Shown here: positions 43,956 to 54,299 of the stretch, piece by piece
How positions within the stretch are numbered: position 1 is the first letter of the stretch
Layout: every line of letters starts with the position of its first letter
Assembly (NCBI GenBank): GCA_008080765.1
Contig: SHMU01000002.1
Location: 1-56,551 of the forward strand
Origin: Promethearchaeota archaeon
GTDB taxonomy: Archaea > Asgardarchaeota > Lokiarchaeia > Sigyniarchaeales > SOKP01
DNA length: 56,551 nucleotides
Reading direction: 5' to 3'
Notes under the pieces: model-generated
Databases searched by the model: none
Seen by the model: only the letters and a program-made list of their open reading frames with translations
What the model was told of the DNA's origin: nothing
Made by a program: the position numbers and the translations under genes

Positions 43956-45854
43956 ATGATTAACTTTCTTAAGAATAAATCCGATACGAATAAATCCGTA
44001 CCAAAAAAGCCCGTTAGCATCATTGAAGGGATCTTATATGGGATTGGATGCGGATTCGGAGCTTCAGTGTTTGTTCTTGTAGGTCAAGGAGCAATTCTTG
44101 CGAATGCGGGATTGCTCGTGAGTTTACTTTTGGGTTCAATATTCATTTTATTATCCGCGCTTAATTATTCTGAGCTTTTAACTAGCCTTCCCAGCGCGGG
44201 TGGTGTGTACAATATTGGGAAGGAAGGCGTTGGAGGATCATTTGCCTTTATTATTGGTTTTTTTTTGTGGATTTCTAATATTACAATTAGTGCTTTCTCT
44301 GCGATGGTTTTGAATGATACAATTGTTAATATCTTTCCTTCTTTGAAGCAATATAATATTATCTTAATTATAACCTTAATTTGTATAATTGGCTTAATTT
44401 CTTTCTATGCCCAAAATCTTTCGAATAAAATTTTAATTGGGATGACGATCATTTTATTGGGTCTTTTTGTTCTATTCATTGTTGCCGCCTTTTTTGCTCC
44501 ACCACCCTCATCTACTCCGATTCTCAATGTGGATCCCGTAGATCTTTCAAGCTTCGATCTGTTTGGAGTCATCCAAACGTTTGCATTATTATTTATTCTT
44601 TTTAAAGGTATTATGTTGAATTTAGCTCATTTAAATCCTAATTTACGAAATCCAGATAAAAATGTGCCTTTAGTCAATGTTGTTGCGGTTGTTGCCAGTT
44701 CCATTATCTATTTTCTGATCTTCGAAGCAATTCTTGTCAATATTGAATGGTTTTCTAGAGGCATTCTGTTAACGACCGATAATCTAATGGCGGATGTATT
44801 GTACCGAATTTTAGGGAATGTAGGAGCCAGCTTGATGTATCTTGCTCTGGTTCTTTCGACAATTATTACTATAAGCGCTGGTCTGAGCTCTGCTACAGAA
44901 GTATTCAAAGCCTTGGTACGAGATGGTTATTTTTCAAAAACTCTGTTTGTAAAAGATCTCAGAAGTAACAAATATTCTGTGAGTGTGATTTTGGTCAATA
45001 TTATTGTAGGGATCATTTTCATTCTTGTAATACCCTCAACAGGCTTCACCGAGGAGATTATTAGTTTTATCTATTTTTTCTCTATAGCATTTATTAATTT
45101 TGCAGCTGTTCTTTTACGATATAAGCGAAAAGAATTAGATCGACCCTTCAAGGCTCCATTATTTCCGGTTCTTCCGATTACTGTAGGTGGTGTCTGTTTG
45201 TTTCTGGCATTTATACTTTCTTTCCAAGCCATAATTCTTGGAGTATTTATTGGTATTCTCGGTCTGCTTATTTATCTTTTATTAATTGCAGATCGGTATT
45301 CCAAAATCATCACACTTTCAGGAATAAAGTTCTTAAGTATAATCGTTGCGGGATTTGTTATTTGGGTTATAAAAAATTTAGGTATTGTCACCTCAGATAT
45401 GCCAGGAGGCTCGTCTCTCTTTCTTGATGTGTTGCTAAGGATTATGATTTTTTTCTGTGTCTTTGGCTTTTTGACGGTCTTTTTGGACTTTATTAGTCTG
45501 CGAGAAATAGTGAACTTTTTTGTAAAACGTTTTGAGAAAGAGAAGGTTGTTATTAAAATTGGAGCGGGAGAAATAATTGAGATAAAGAAAAGGGAAAAAG
45601 GAGCAATTTATACCGTTAATTATGTTATTGGAATCATAGAAATTTTAGGAGCACTATTTACTTTTGTATTAGTATATATATTAACGATTGATTTGATTGT
45701 TGTGTTAGAGATGGATTTAGTTGTTGTTGTATTAGATGCTCAAGCAAGTAAATATGTAATTATTTCCTCTCTGCTTATTTTTGGTTCAGCCTTTCTACTA
45801 AGGGGCATAAGTAGGCTTTATTATAACTATGAAACAGTTAAGCTAGGAATGTAG
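43956..45854 (+). CDS. APC-superfamily amino-acid/polyamine permease with an extended C-terminal membrane region
   Basis: GIGCGFGASVFVLVG N-terminal motif, about 12 core TM segments plus extra helices; 632 aa. Confidence 0.7.
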   Translation: MINFLKNKSDTNKSVPKKPVSIIEGILYGIGCGFGASVFVLVGQGAILANAGLLVSLLLGSIFILLSALNYSELLTSLPSAGGVYNIGKEGVGGSFAFIIGFFLWISNITISAFSAMVLNDTIVNIFPSLKQYNIILIITLICIIGLISFYAQNLSNKILIGMTIILLGLFVLFIVAAFFAPPPSSTPILNVDPVDLSSFDLFGVIQTFALLFILFKGIMLNLAHLNPNLRNPDKNVPLVNVVAVVASSIIYFLIFEAILVNIEWFSRGILLTTDNLMADVLYRILGNVGASLMYLALVLSTIITISAGLSSATEVFKALVRDGYFSKTLFVKDLRSNKYSVSVILVNIIVGIIFILVIPSTGFTEEIISFIYFFSIAFINFAAVLLRYKRKELDRPFKAPLFPVLPITVGGVCLFLAFILSFQAIILGVFIGILGLLIYLLLIADRYSKIITLSGIKFLSIIVAGFVIWVIKNLGIVTSDMPGGSSLFLDVLLRIMIFFCVFGFLTVFLDFISLREIVNFFVKRFEKEKVVIKIGAGEIIEIKKREKGAIYTVNYVIGIIEILGALFTFVLVYILTIDLIVVLEMDLVVVVLDAQASKYVIISSLLIFGSAFLLRGISRLYYNYETVKLGM

Positions 45855-45940
45855 AATCAATTTTAATAATCCTATATTATAATATAATACTTATAAGTAG
45901 TAGCATTTAAAATAGAATTTGAATAGGAAAAAAAATTGCA

Positions 45941-46510
45941 ATGATAAATCAACACTTGACTGTTATTAATCAGATTAAAGAAATTTATGCCTATTTTTCA
46001 TCTATTAAAGCCTTTAGGAATTTAGTTCCAGAGGTAAGGACTAACATTTCTGGAGCCCTTTCCAATGCAACTAATAAAAATGGTATTGCAGCCATTGAGG
46101 GAAGGATTACTGTTATAGGAGATTATCCTAAAGCGTGTGGAGATATAAAGTTTGGAGTTTCAGATCATACAGCAAGGCTTCTACTTACAGCAAGAAAATT
46201 TGATGCAGAGATCCATTTTGTGATGAATCTCAAGTATGAGTCTTTTTTCATAGAAAAAATTGAGAATCAAAACATACTAAGTTTAAGAGAAATTCAAAGA
46301 GAAAAACAACCAGACCATCTAAAAAAAAAGGAACACTCGACAATGCAGTGGTTAATAAAAGAATGCTATGACGAGATGGGAGTAATTCCGGATATCATCT
46401 GGGATAAGGGCGCGATGGGAAAAGAGCCTATGATTCGATTATTTTCAAAAAATGCAGAAGATATGATTTCTAAATTAGAATTACTTTTAGAATGTTCTAA
46501 TGTAATTTAA
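45941..46510 (+). CDS. thiN: ThiN-type thiamine-phosphate synthase domain protein
   Basis: VPEVRTNISGAL...IAAIEGRITVIG...FGVSDHTARLLLTARKFD...MNLKY resembles archaeal ThiN. It lies convergent to and overlapping thiC. Confidence 0.65.
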   Translation: MINQHLTVINQIKEIYAYFSSIKAFRNLVPEVRTNISGALSNATNKNGIAAIEGRITVIGDYPKACGDIKFGVSDHTARLLLTARKFDAEIHFVMNLKYESFFIEKIENQNILSLREIQREKQPDHLKKKEHSTMQWLIKECYDEMGVIPDIIWDKGAMGKEPMIRLFSKNAEDMISKLELLLECSNVI

Positions 46511-47829
46511 AGAGCGTCTCGATGTGTTTTGCGTTTTTCTTCTAGCGTATCTCTGAGGAGTTTAATCGCACAAAGGTCACCACACATGCTACATACCTCA
46601 TCTTCGTCTGTTTCTCCACTCCTTGCACGGATCTTTTCGGCAAATTCGGGATCTATGGAGTTGGCAATCATCTCTTTCCAGTCGAGATTTTTTCGAGCAA
46701 TATCCATTTTATAGTCTCTCTCTGAGGCTTTCATTCCATATCGAGCGATATTTACAGAATGTGCTGCGATCTTTGAGGCAATAACACCTCGCTTTACTTC
46801 TTCTTTGTTTGGAAGGCCCAAATGTTCTGAAGGTGTCACATAACAGAGAAAGTCTGCCCCAGCTAAACCCGCAATAGTGCCGCCAATTGCACTTACAATT
46901 TCATCATATCCCGGTGCTATATCCGTTGTTAAGGGTCCCAATACATAGAAGGGGGCACCTTCACATAAAGATTTTTGAATCTTTATATTTTGTTCAATTT
47001 CATGTGCGGGAATGTGTCCCGGTCCTTCTACCATTACTTGAATATTTGCCTTCCATGCTCGCTTCACTAATTTTGAAATCTCCATTAATTCCCGTATTTG
47101 CGCATAATCCGTAGAATCAAAAATCCCTCCTGGTCTCATTCCATCTCCCAATGAGAGGGTAAAATCATATTCTTGGGCTATTTCCAGCAAGTAATCATAT
47201 TGCTCGTTAAAAGGATTTTCTTGTTCATTATATAATATCCATGATGCTAAAAAGGTCCCTCCTCTCGATACAATACCCATTATTCTGGGATGTTCTACTA
47301 AATATTCTACGATCTCTTTTGTTACTCCTACATGAATCGTAAAAAAATCCACGCCCTCTTTTGCTTGTTCTTCAATAACTTTAAATAGATCATCTTCATC
47401 TAAATGTATTATGGCTCCTTTTTTTTCTAGTGCCCGTAGCGCAGATTGATAAATGGGAACTGTTCCCAATGGGATATGAGTCTCTTTCAAAATATGTTTT
47501 CGAATCTCTTGCACATCCTTTTCGGTAATCCCGCTGCTTAAGTCCATGATTGTATCTGCGCCGAATTGTTCGGCGATTTTTGCCTTTTCTACTTCATCTA
47601 CAAGATTGCATACTCTTTTTGATGACCCTACATTTGCGTTTATTTTAACAAATAACCCTTCTCCAATACCTAAAGGCTTAGTTTCTCTTCTATTGGATTT
47701 TGGAATAATGATTCGTCCTTTCGATATCCCTTTTCTGATGATTTCATTATTAACTTTTTCATTTTTTGCTACAATCTCCATTTCTTTTGTTATTTTTCCC
47801 GCTTTCGCAAGTTTGATCAAATTTGACAA
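46507..47829 (-). CDS. thiC: Phosphomethylpyrimidine synthase ThiC
   Basis: DTIMDLSSG, VPIYQ, GIVSRGG, LSLGDGMRPG, MVEGPGHIP, TTDIAPGYD, and the C-terminal CSMCGDLCAIK cluster motif. TTG start. Confidence 0.9.
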   Translation of the reverse strand: MSNLIKLAKAGKITKEMEIVAKNEKVNNEIIRKGISKGRIIIPKSNRRETKPLGIGEGLFVKINANVGSSKRVCNLVDEVEKAKIAEQFGADTIMDLSSGITEKDVQEIRKHILKETHIPLGTVPIYQSALRALEKKGAIIHLDEDDLFKVIEEQAKEGVDFFTIHVGVTKEIVEYLVEHPRIMGIVSRGGTFLASWILYNEQENPFNEQYDYLLEIAQEYDFTLSLGDGMRPGGIFDSTDYAQIRELMEISKLVKRAWKANIQVMVEGPGHIPAHEIEQNIKIQKSLCEGAPFYVLGPLTTDIAPGYDEIVSAIGGTIAGLAGADFLCYVTPSEHLGLPNKEEVKRGVIASKIAAHSVNIARYGMKASERDYKMDIARKNLDWKEMIANSIDPEFAEKIRARSGETDEDEVCSMCGDLCAIKLLRDTLEEKRKTHRDAL

Positions 47830-48026
47830 TGTAATAACCTTTTTTCAGTACAGCTGTTGTTTTTATTCTGTATTTTATAAATTCTTATTTGATTATATTT
47901 TTTTCTTAATATTTCTTAGTCTTTTTCTTACACTCTAAAAATTAAATAGAAATATCAATAAGAGGTTATAAAAAGGCAAATTAGTAAAGAAAAGAAAATT
48001 ATGGAGAGAAAATAATTACAATCCTT

Positions 48027-49487
48027 TTACTCGAATAATTTGAGAAACTCGTTTTTCTCTCCCAGTTCTCTGAAATGTGGTGATGTTTTGATTGCATCGA
48101 ATAGAGGGTGCCCGCGCTTTTTAGCTTCTTTTAAATAATGTAGACAATTGATATAATCTCCTTTTTTAAGATAATACCATGCTAGATTTTCAAAAATGAT
48201 GGGATGCATCTCCTCGAGATGCTCTAAGGCGTATTGTACTATCTTTTCACAAGTTTCATCCATTACATCAGCAACCATATAGCTATCCGTCATATTTATT
48301 AATAGGGAAGGGATAAGAGGTTCAAATTGAATTTGGGAAAAACCTCCTTTTGGTTGGATAAGTTTTCTCTCTGAAAAATCCAAGGAATTCCAATAGTTTT
48401 TAAGTAATTTTAAAGCGATTTCACTATGTTCTTTCGTTTCTTTTCGATTTAACGCATATAGAACATTGGACAATGAAAAGGGATGATTTAAAACCTCTTT
48501 TTCCTTAAGGGAAATGTCAATATATTTATCAATAATATCTTGTCTTCCGGTATAAAATGCCGCCATTATAACACCGGTGATAAGCATGGGCAATTTCCCT
48601 ATTTGTTTTATTCCTTGTTCATATACATTTATTGATTTGTCCCATCTATTCTGAGAGCCATAAAGATATGTAAGAATTTCAAAAAGCTTTAATGGGGGTT
48701 TAGGTAAATCTAATGCTAATTCCATTACTTCAATTGCTAAAGATATTTTTGAATCTTTAGCTTTTTTTACATAGTTTTGAGTTTTAAATTTATCCGTTTC
48801 TAAAGTTACATTTGCTAGGTACCAACCAACATTATATAGGAATGATGCTCTCTGTTCTAGATCAACAGATTCAGCTACTTTCTTAATATAAGATACCCAA
48901 TCTCCTTTTGAAAGATGTTCCAATGTAAGAAGACAAAGCCTTCTATTACTTCTAAGTATCAATGTGATTTTTTCTGGCACTTCTTCATATTTATCGATAA
49001 GAACCTCAAATTCTTGGTCAGTTAAATGGTCTAAATACCCATTTTTGATGAGATATAACATTACAGGAGTATATCCTGAGTTGAATCGTTTTGCAATCTC
49101 ATCTTTGAATACTCGTTTAGCTTTTGGATCTCCTCTGTCCACTAGTTTCTTAAGAATAGAAAACGCCAAACTAGAATGAAGGATTTGTGTATTATAATCA
49201 TGTTCTGCCCATACTTGTAAATTTGAGCAATGACCCCAAAATTCTTCTTCTGGAGATATCTGAATTGTTTTATTTCTATGTCCTTCCATACTTTTATCCA
49301 ATAATTCAGCAGCTTCATCAATTGATTGGATTTCATCAAATGATGTGATTTTATCTACTGGGATATTTAATAACAAATATTTACATTTATGAAATTTCTC
49401 ATCTCCAATATAAATGAATGTATTATTTTTTTGTAATTTTAAAGAAATATAATCATTTACAATAAATTCTTTCATTTTATCATCCAT
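48027..49487 (-). CDS. Hypothetical protein with a TPR-like C-terminal half
   Basis: 486-aa ORF. The C-terminal AWYYLKKGDYINCLHYLKEAKKRG is TPR-like. The N-terminal domain is unrecognised. Confidence 0.45.
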   Translation of the reverse strand: MDDKMKEFIVNDYISLKLQKNNTFIYIGDEKFHKCKYLLLNIPVDKITSFDEIQSIDEAAELLDKSMEGHRNKTIQISPEEEFWGHCSNLQVWAEHDYNTQILHSSLAFSILKKLVDRGDPKAKRVFKDEIAKRFNSGYTPVMLYLIKNGYLDHLTDQEFEVLIDKYEEVPEKITLILRSNRRLCLLTLEHLSKGDWVSYIKKVAESVDLEQRASFLYNVGWYLANVTLETDKFKTQNYVKKAKDSKISLAIEVMELALDLPKPPLKLFEILTYLYGSQNRWDKSINVYEQGIKQIGKLPMLITGVIMAAFYTGRQDIIDKYIDISLKEKEVLNHPFSLSNVLYALNRKETKEHSEIALKLLKNYWNSLDFSERKLIQPKGGFSQIQFEPLIPSLLINMTDSYMVADVMDETCEKIVQYALEHLEEMHPIIFENLAWYYLKKGDYINCLHYLKEAKKRGHPLFDAIKTSPHFRELGEKNEFLKLFE

Positions 49488-49619
49488 TTTTCCTTACTAC
49501 AAAAATAGCTTAATAAATATTTCTATATTTAATCTCTAACATACATTACTTTTTAAAACTATCTTAAATTTCCGAATAAGTAGTTAAGCTATGAAACAAA
49601 TTGCTAAAGGAGAATTATA

Positions 49620-50087
49620 TTAATCAAAACCAATCTTCAATCTTTTTAAGAGCTCAATTAAGGATTCTGTTAGAATATACTCCTTTAATTCTATAAAAGG
49701 GACGAATCTTGCTTCTAATGCATCATCATCTGCTATTGGGGCTTGGTCTGGGGAACCTTCTATTTGTTCCACAAAATAATTTAACAAAACATAATGATAT
49801 TTAATTTTACCCTCCTCATCATACATTATTTTATCGATAATTCCCGCTAGTTTAGTGACTCTGGTTTTAAATCCAGTCTCCTCTTCTGCTTCCCTCACAG
49901 CAGCATCTTGCACTCTTTCCCCTAAGTCTAAATGCCCTCCCGGAATGCTCCAATAATTTGCATCCGGTTCATATTTTCTTTTTACCAGTAGAAGAGTATT
50001 ATCTCTAACTAACATCACACCTACTCCAATATGGGGTCTCACGGGATATGTGCGGGTATCAAATGCTGTTAATTCTTCACGCTTCAT
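49620..50087 (-). CDS. NUDIX hydrolase
   Basis: Nudix box GGHLDLGERVQDAAVREAEEETG. Confidence 0.85.
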   Translation of the reverse strand: MKREELTAFDTRTYPVRPHIGVGVMLVRDNTLLLVKRKYEPDANYWSIPGGHLDLGERVQDAAVREAEEETGFKTRVTKLAGIIDKIMYDEEGKIKYHYVLLNYFVEQIEGSPDQAPIADDDALEARFVPFIELKEYILTESLIELLKRLKIGFD

Positions 50088-50174
50088 TTTCCATTCTTCT
50101 TAATATTGGGGATTTATTTTTTTTTATGATTTTAAATTCTTTGGCTTAAAACCTCTTAAACCTCCTAATCTTTC

Positions 50175-50663
50175 CTACCATCGCGCTTTTTGTCCCAACT
50201 TAATATCCAATATTGGGGTTCCATTAATGGCATCGAAATTTTTAACATATAATGTTGTATCTTCTACTTTTATTAGTTCCACATTCGAGATTCCAATTCT
50301 TGATAATCGTTCTGGGGTTCTTGAAGCAAATATACCCACTTCTTTACTATCTAAGCCGCGACGGAAGGTTGATCGTATGGTTCTTTGTTTATGGAAATAA
50401 AAAATAACTGCAATCCATTTTTCATCCTCTATTTTATAGAGAAAAGGTCTCTGAGATTCAAATAAATGTATTTTAGTTGTAGAATTCCTATTTCCCTTAA
50501 CTCCAAATCCACTCTCTCGTTCCAATGAGTTTTCTACAACGCCAATGGGAAAAATTTGATAAGGTTTATTTTTATTGTATAAACACCTATGACAGAGAGA
50601 TTGCCCATCGATTATTTCCAATTTATCGGATTCTATCTCATTATTACATTTTGAACAGATCAT
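50175..50663 (-). CDS. TrmO/TsaA (YaeB)-like SAM-dependent tRNA methyltransferase-family protein with an N-terminal zinc ribbon
   Basis: FPIGVVEN..., GIFASRTPERLSRIGISNVELI..., DAINGTPILDIK; N-terminal CSKC...CHRC. Confidence 0.7.
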   Translation of the reverse strand: MICSKCNNEIESDKLEIIDGQSLCHRCLYNKNKPYQIFPIGVVENSLERESGFGVKGNRNSTTKIHLFESQRPFLYKIEDEKWIAVIFYFHKQRTIRSTFRRGLDSKEVGIFASRTPERLSRIGISNVELIKVEDTTLYVKNFDAINGTPILDIKLGQKARW

Positions 50664-50933
50664 AGTCTAAGTTATCAAATTTACATTTTAATTGAATTTT
50701 GCGGTTTCATCTTAGTTATAAAAGCGAAAAGACTCTCTTCATTGAAAGCATCATATTCCGATGGGTTCTCTATTATCTTATACGTACATTTAATTTACAT
50801 TAACAAAATTCGAATAATATGTGTATATGAGTATCATGTTACATCCATGATATTGCTATATTTAAATTATAATCTTCTAAAAATCTATAACTCCAATAAA
50901 AAAACTAAAGAAAAAGTAGAGAGTGAATTAAGA

Positions 50934-51152
50934 ATGGCAAATTTAACTTTATACAAAATGGAACCCCTTAAGAAAGGTGGATTAAATGATGAAATCTTAC
51001 AGAATGCTGTAAATTTGGGATTGATTACACAGAGCGAATTTGAGGTACTACAAGCTATTAAATATAACAAAACAATAGAAGAGTCTTCACAAGATTTAAA
51101 AGAAATCCTAATTCGGTTAACCCAGAAGAAGTTAATAAGAAAAGTCCATTAA
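50934..51152 (+). CDS. Small hypothetical protein (72 aa); the ORF-track TTG start at 50742 is probably an over-extension
   Basis: The internal ATG at 50934 is preceded by a purine-rich GAGAGTGA. The upstream 64 codons are low-complexity I/L/Y/N typical of AT-rich noncoding DNA. Confidence 0.35.
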   Translation: MANLTLYKMEPLKKGGLNDEILQNAVNLGLITQSEFEVLQAIKYNKTIEESSQDLKEILIRLTQKKLIRKVH

Positions 51153-51405
51153 AACCCCATGTGTCAAGGTTTTTATTTATTCCACATTTCTTTCTGATTC
51201 TTATTTTTATTTGGCACCTTTAAAGCTTTTTTCAGTGTTTAGAAACTTATACATTTTATCTAAATCTCCTTTTTAATCAAGCTGCCGCCAATTATTTCGT
51301 TAAAGAATAATTTACTAAAATCGTCTTAAAAAGAACTACGTATAATTTTAAAAATAATTTTAAAATTTCGAATCTTAATTTACTAAAAATAATAATTAAA
51401 AAGAG

Positions 51406-52713
51406 TTGATCACAATTACTCAACCACAAAAAATCGTATTAATTGGTGCAGGCTCCTTGCAATTTGGTCTAGGAGCTGCAGGAAGCATTTTGCATAGTTC
51501 TATATTGGAAGGTTCTACCATAACTCTTCATGATATAAATCCAGAACATCTGGAATTAGTCCATCAGGCATGCCAATCAGCAATTGATAAAGAAAGTCTC
51601 GATTATCAATTGGAATCAACAATAAATAGAGAAGAAGCTTTGAAAGATGCTACATTTGTCATTAATTCTATTGAAATCGGTCCCAGATTTGAACTGTGGG
51701 ATCAAGATTTGCATATTCCTCATTGGTACGGAAATCGCCAAGTATTTGGTGAGAATGGAGGTCCTGGAGGATTATTCCATTCATTACGTATTATTCCCCC
51801 AATTCTCGATATCTGTGCTGATATCATGAAAATTTGTCCAAATGCGTTTCTTATTAACTTTTCTAATCCTATGAGCCGCATATGCTTAGCAATAAAGAGG
51901 AGATTTCCCTCATTAAAGTTTGTGGGCTTATGCCATGAATTAGGCCATTTTAAAATGCATTATGCCAGAATGCTCGATACTGATTTGGATAATTTAGAGA
52001 TCCTCGCAGGTGGATTAAATCATTTTGGTGTGGTATTAGAAATCAAATATAAGGATAGTGGTAAGGATGCTTATCCTGATATTCGGAAGAAGGGTCCAAA
52101 ATATCTGGAAAATATTCAACTTTTGGATGTGTCGCTCAATAAATTTATCTTAGAAACCTATGGATACGTTCCATATACCACCGATAGCCATTTTGGAGAA
52201 TATATTCATTGGGCATGGGATATTGCCGATATCTCCGGGATTAAAGAATTTCGCGATACCTACCAGGCATCATTACGATTTGAAGAGGATAAGATAAAAC
52301 GAAGGATTCAGAAAGGTAGAGGAGCAAAGCTGGTAAGACCTGATCATGAAAGAGCCATTCCCATTATAGAAGGCATATTATCTGATTCCAATCATACGGA
52401 AATTTCGGTAAATATTCCAAATGAAGATATAATTACCAATTTACCCAGAGATCTTGTAGTTGAATGTCCTGCGAAAATTACTAAAGAAGGCGTTCAAGGG
52501 CTTAAATTAGGTAATTTTCCGAGAGGATTGGATGCTCTTTTGCGACATCAAGCATCAGTACAAGATTTAGTCGTAGAAGCGGTATTACAAGAATCTAAAC
52601 AACTTGCACTTCAAGCCTTACTTGCTGATCCCGTAGTGCATAGTACTGATGAGGCGCAAAAAATCTTGGAAGAAATGATAAAACAACAAAAGGAACATTT
52701 ACATCTGAAATAA
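51406..52713 (+). CDS. GH4-family NAD+/Mn2+-dependent glycosidase
   Basis: KIVLIGAGSLQFG Rossmann motif, INFSNPMSRI, GLCHE; 435 aa. Confidence 0.8.
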   Translation: MITITQPQKIVLIGAGSLQFGLGAAGSILHSSILEGSTITLHDINPEHLELVHQACQSAIDKESLDYQLESTINREEALKDATFVINSIEIGPRFELWDQDLHIPHWYGNRQVFGENGGPGGLFHSLRIIPPILDICADIMKICPNAFLINFSNPMSRICLAIKRRFPSLKFVGLCHELGHFKMHYARMLDTDLDNLEILAGGLNHFGVVLEIKYKDSGKDAYPDIRKKGPKYLENIQLLDVSLNKFILETYGYVPYTTDSHFGEYIHWAWDIADISGIKEFRDTYQASLRFEEDKIKRRIQKGRGAKLVRPDHERAIPIIEGILSDSNHTEISVNIPNEDIITNLPRDLVVECPAKITKEGVQGLKLGNFPRGLDALLRHQASVQDLVVEAVLQESKQLALQALLADPVVHSTDEAQKILEEMIKQQKEHLHLK

Positions 52714-52954
52714 TCGTTCTAACTTGTTCTTTTTTCCATTTTAACATTTAAATTTATTTTCCTTTTTTATTATTATTTCATCTGGAATTCCGTCTAGTTT
52801 TTCATTTACTAAACCAAGAAACATCATTAAGAAATTCATAATTGTCATTCCGCTAATTAAAATCCGAATATTTTTACCTTTTGGAGACAGAACCTTATTT
52901 CTTAAACCAATAAAATATTTAAAAGAGATAGAAAAAATATAAGAGCTTTTTTAA

Positions 52955-53650
52955 TTAGCTCATATCTTGAATTTCAACTTCAAATTCGGAGAGCAATTTA
53001 TTAAGTTTTTTTATTTTAGCATTTACATTTGGTATATTCGACAAATGAAAATCCTCTCCTTTACTTGTATGTAGGGTAATACTTCCCGAAGCTAGAGCAA
53101 TAAATTCAAATACATCAACTATTTCCTTCTTTATTCGAAGGTTTTGAGTAGGATATCGATTTGCTTCAACAAAAAGACCTTGTTTATGATAGAATTCGTT
53201 TTGTTCTATTACCCAGTAATCAAATCTTGTACTAATGATTATGAAGAGTAATATAAATCCAATAATCCCCGTTACGATAAGATAAAATTGCGTTGTCATC
53301 TCAATGTTAAATTCTTTGGGCATGGGTATCCAATCTAGTTGAAAATTAGGAACTATTAAGAAAATGAACAATAATACAGCGATGATTATTATTAATACCA
53401 AGATAAAGAATTTCTTTGATGAGAAATTAAATGCCACCACAAAAAGATTCACTGCAAACACAATCATCCATACAAATCCGTAGATTGCAATGGGATCACC
53501 AGCCATCAATTGAAGTATAAATAATACAAGAGAAGTGACGAATAAGGGATAAAAAAAGATCACTTTTGAATATTCTCTTAAATTGACTTTTTCAATTTCT
53601 TTTTTTTTAGGTTCTTGTGCTAAGTTTTTTTTTTCTTGTTCTGAACTCAT
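52955..53650 (-). CDS. Membrane protein with a C-terminal bacterial-PH-like soluble domain
   Basis: Four TM helices, then YWVIEQNEFYHKQG...ITLHTSKGEDFHLSNIPN, reminiscent of YdbS/YdbT-type bPH domains. Confidence 0.45.
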   Translation of the reverse strand: MSSEQEKKNLAQEPKKKEIEKVNLREYSKVIFFYPLFVTSLVLFILQLMAGDPIAIYGFVWMIVFAVNLFVVAFNFSSKKFFILVLIIIIAVLLFIFLIVPNFQLDWIPMPKEFNIEMTTQFYLIVTGIIGFILLFIIISTRFDYWVIEQNEFYHKQGLFVEANRYPTQNLRIKKEIVDVFEFIALASGSITLHTSKGEDFHLSNIPNVNAKIKKLNKLLSEFEVEIQDMS

Positions 53651-53809
53651 TTTTTATAACCTTTAATAGATTAATAGTTTAATTATGACATACAGAATAA
53701 AAAAAACTCAGCTTATAACCTATAAGATAAGTAGGATGAAGAAGTGAATTCTTCATTCTTCAAGATACTAAGGCTTCCTGTTAAAATGCCAGTACTATAT
53801 GCAGAGTGG

Positions 53810-54130
53810 TTAAACCTTATTATAATAAGGATTATTCATGAAATTCATGAAATTACTGGTGCTAATCACCGAATCACAATTTTGACAAGTTTGTATGATA
53901 AATGGAAGCGCACCAATTTTATCGATGTAATATCTTTGCCATTTTAAGGTATATTGTGCCATTGATTTAATCATTTTACCTCCAAAAGGAGCCAATTCTG
54001 CTTGTATTTCGTAGAAGCCTTTAAAAGCTGCGATAGCTTGTTCCTTAAAATCATTGTCAATCGGTATTGGTTGAATAGAAAGCTTCAGATTTAAATTAGC
54101 ATTACAATATGGACATTTTGGTATTTTGTT
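53810..54130 (-). pseudogene. Zinc-ribbon ORF without a canonical start upstream of its first CxxC (possible pseudogene or unusual start)
   Basis: The stop-to-stop frame reads NKIPKCPYCNANL...QTCQNCDSVI. The only ATG/GTG/TTG start (53995) lies after the first Cys pair. Confidence 0.3.
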
Positions 54131-54299
54131 TCACCAGAGTTTATGGGTTTTTTCTATTTATACTAATATTTATGAGTCTAAAATATGTGATCTTTTAAAA
54201 AATTATGCAAGAAAGTAGTATATCAATAAGAAAACAATGAAAGTCACGAGAATAGCATAAAAATCGAAAAAAAGAATAAAAAAAAAGACTATATTTAAA

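Noticed and set aside
46529-47938. Plus-strand ORFs 46529..46714, 46887..47114 and 47546..47938 opposite thiC
   Set aside because: They are antisense to a highly conserved ThiC frame. The 130-aa one runs into AT-rich spacer and is low-complexity.
47830-48026. TPP riboswitch upstream of thiC
   Set aside because: Reading the minus strand upstream of the TTG start, I see no CUGAGA or ACCUGAUCUGGAUAAUGCCAGC-like elements. The spacer is simply AT-rich.
50742-50933. N-terminal 64 codons of ORF 50742..51152, and antisense ORF 50885..51070
   Set aside because: The TTG-initiated extension is I/L/Y/N-rich, typical of translated AT-rich promoter DNA. I kept only the ATG-initiated 72-aa portion, and that at low confidence.
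53744-53947. 67-aa plus-strand ORF
   Set aside because: It overlaps the minus-strand zinc-ribbon frame, which has the more protein-like features (two CxxC pairs), and it has no motifs of its own.
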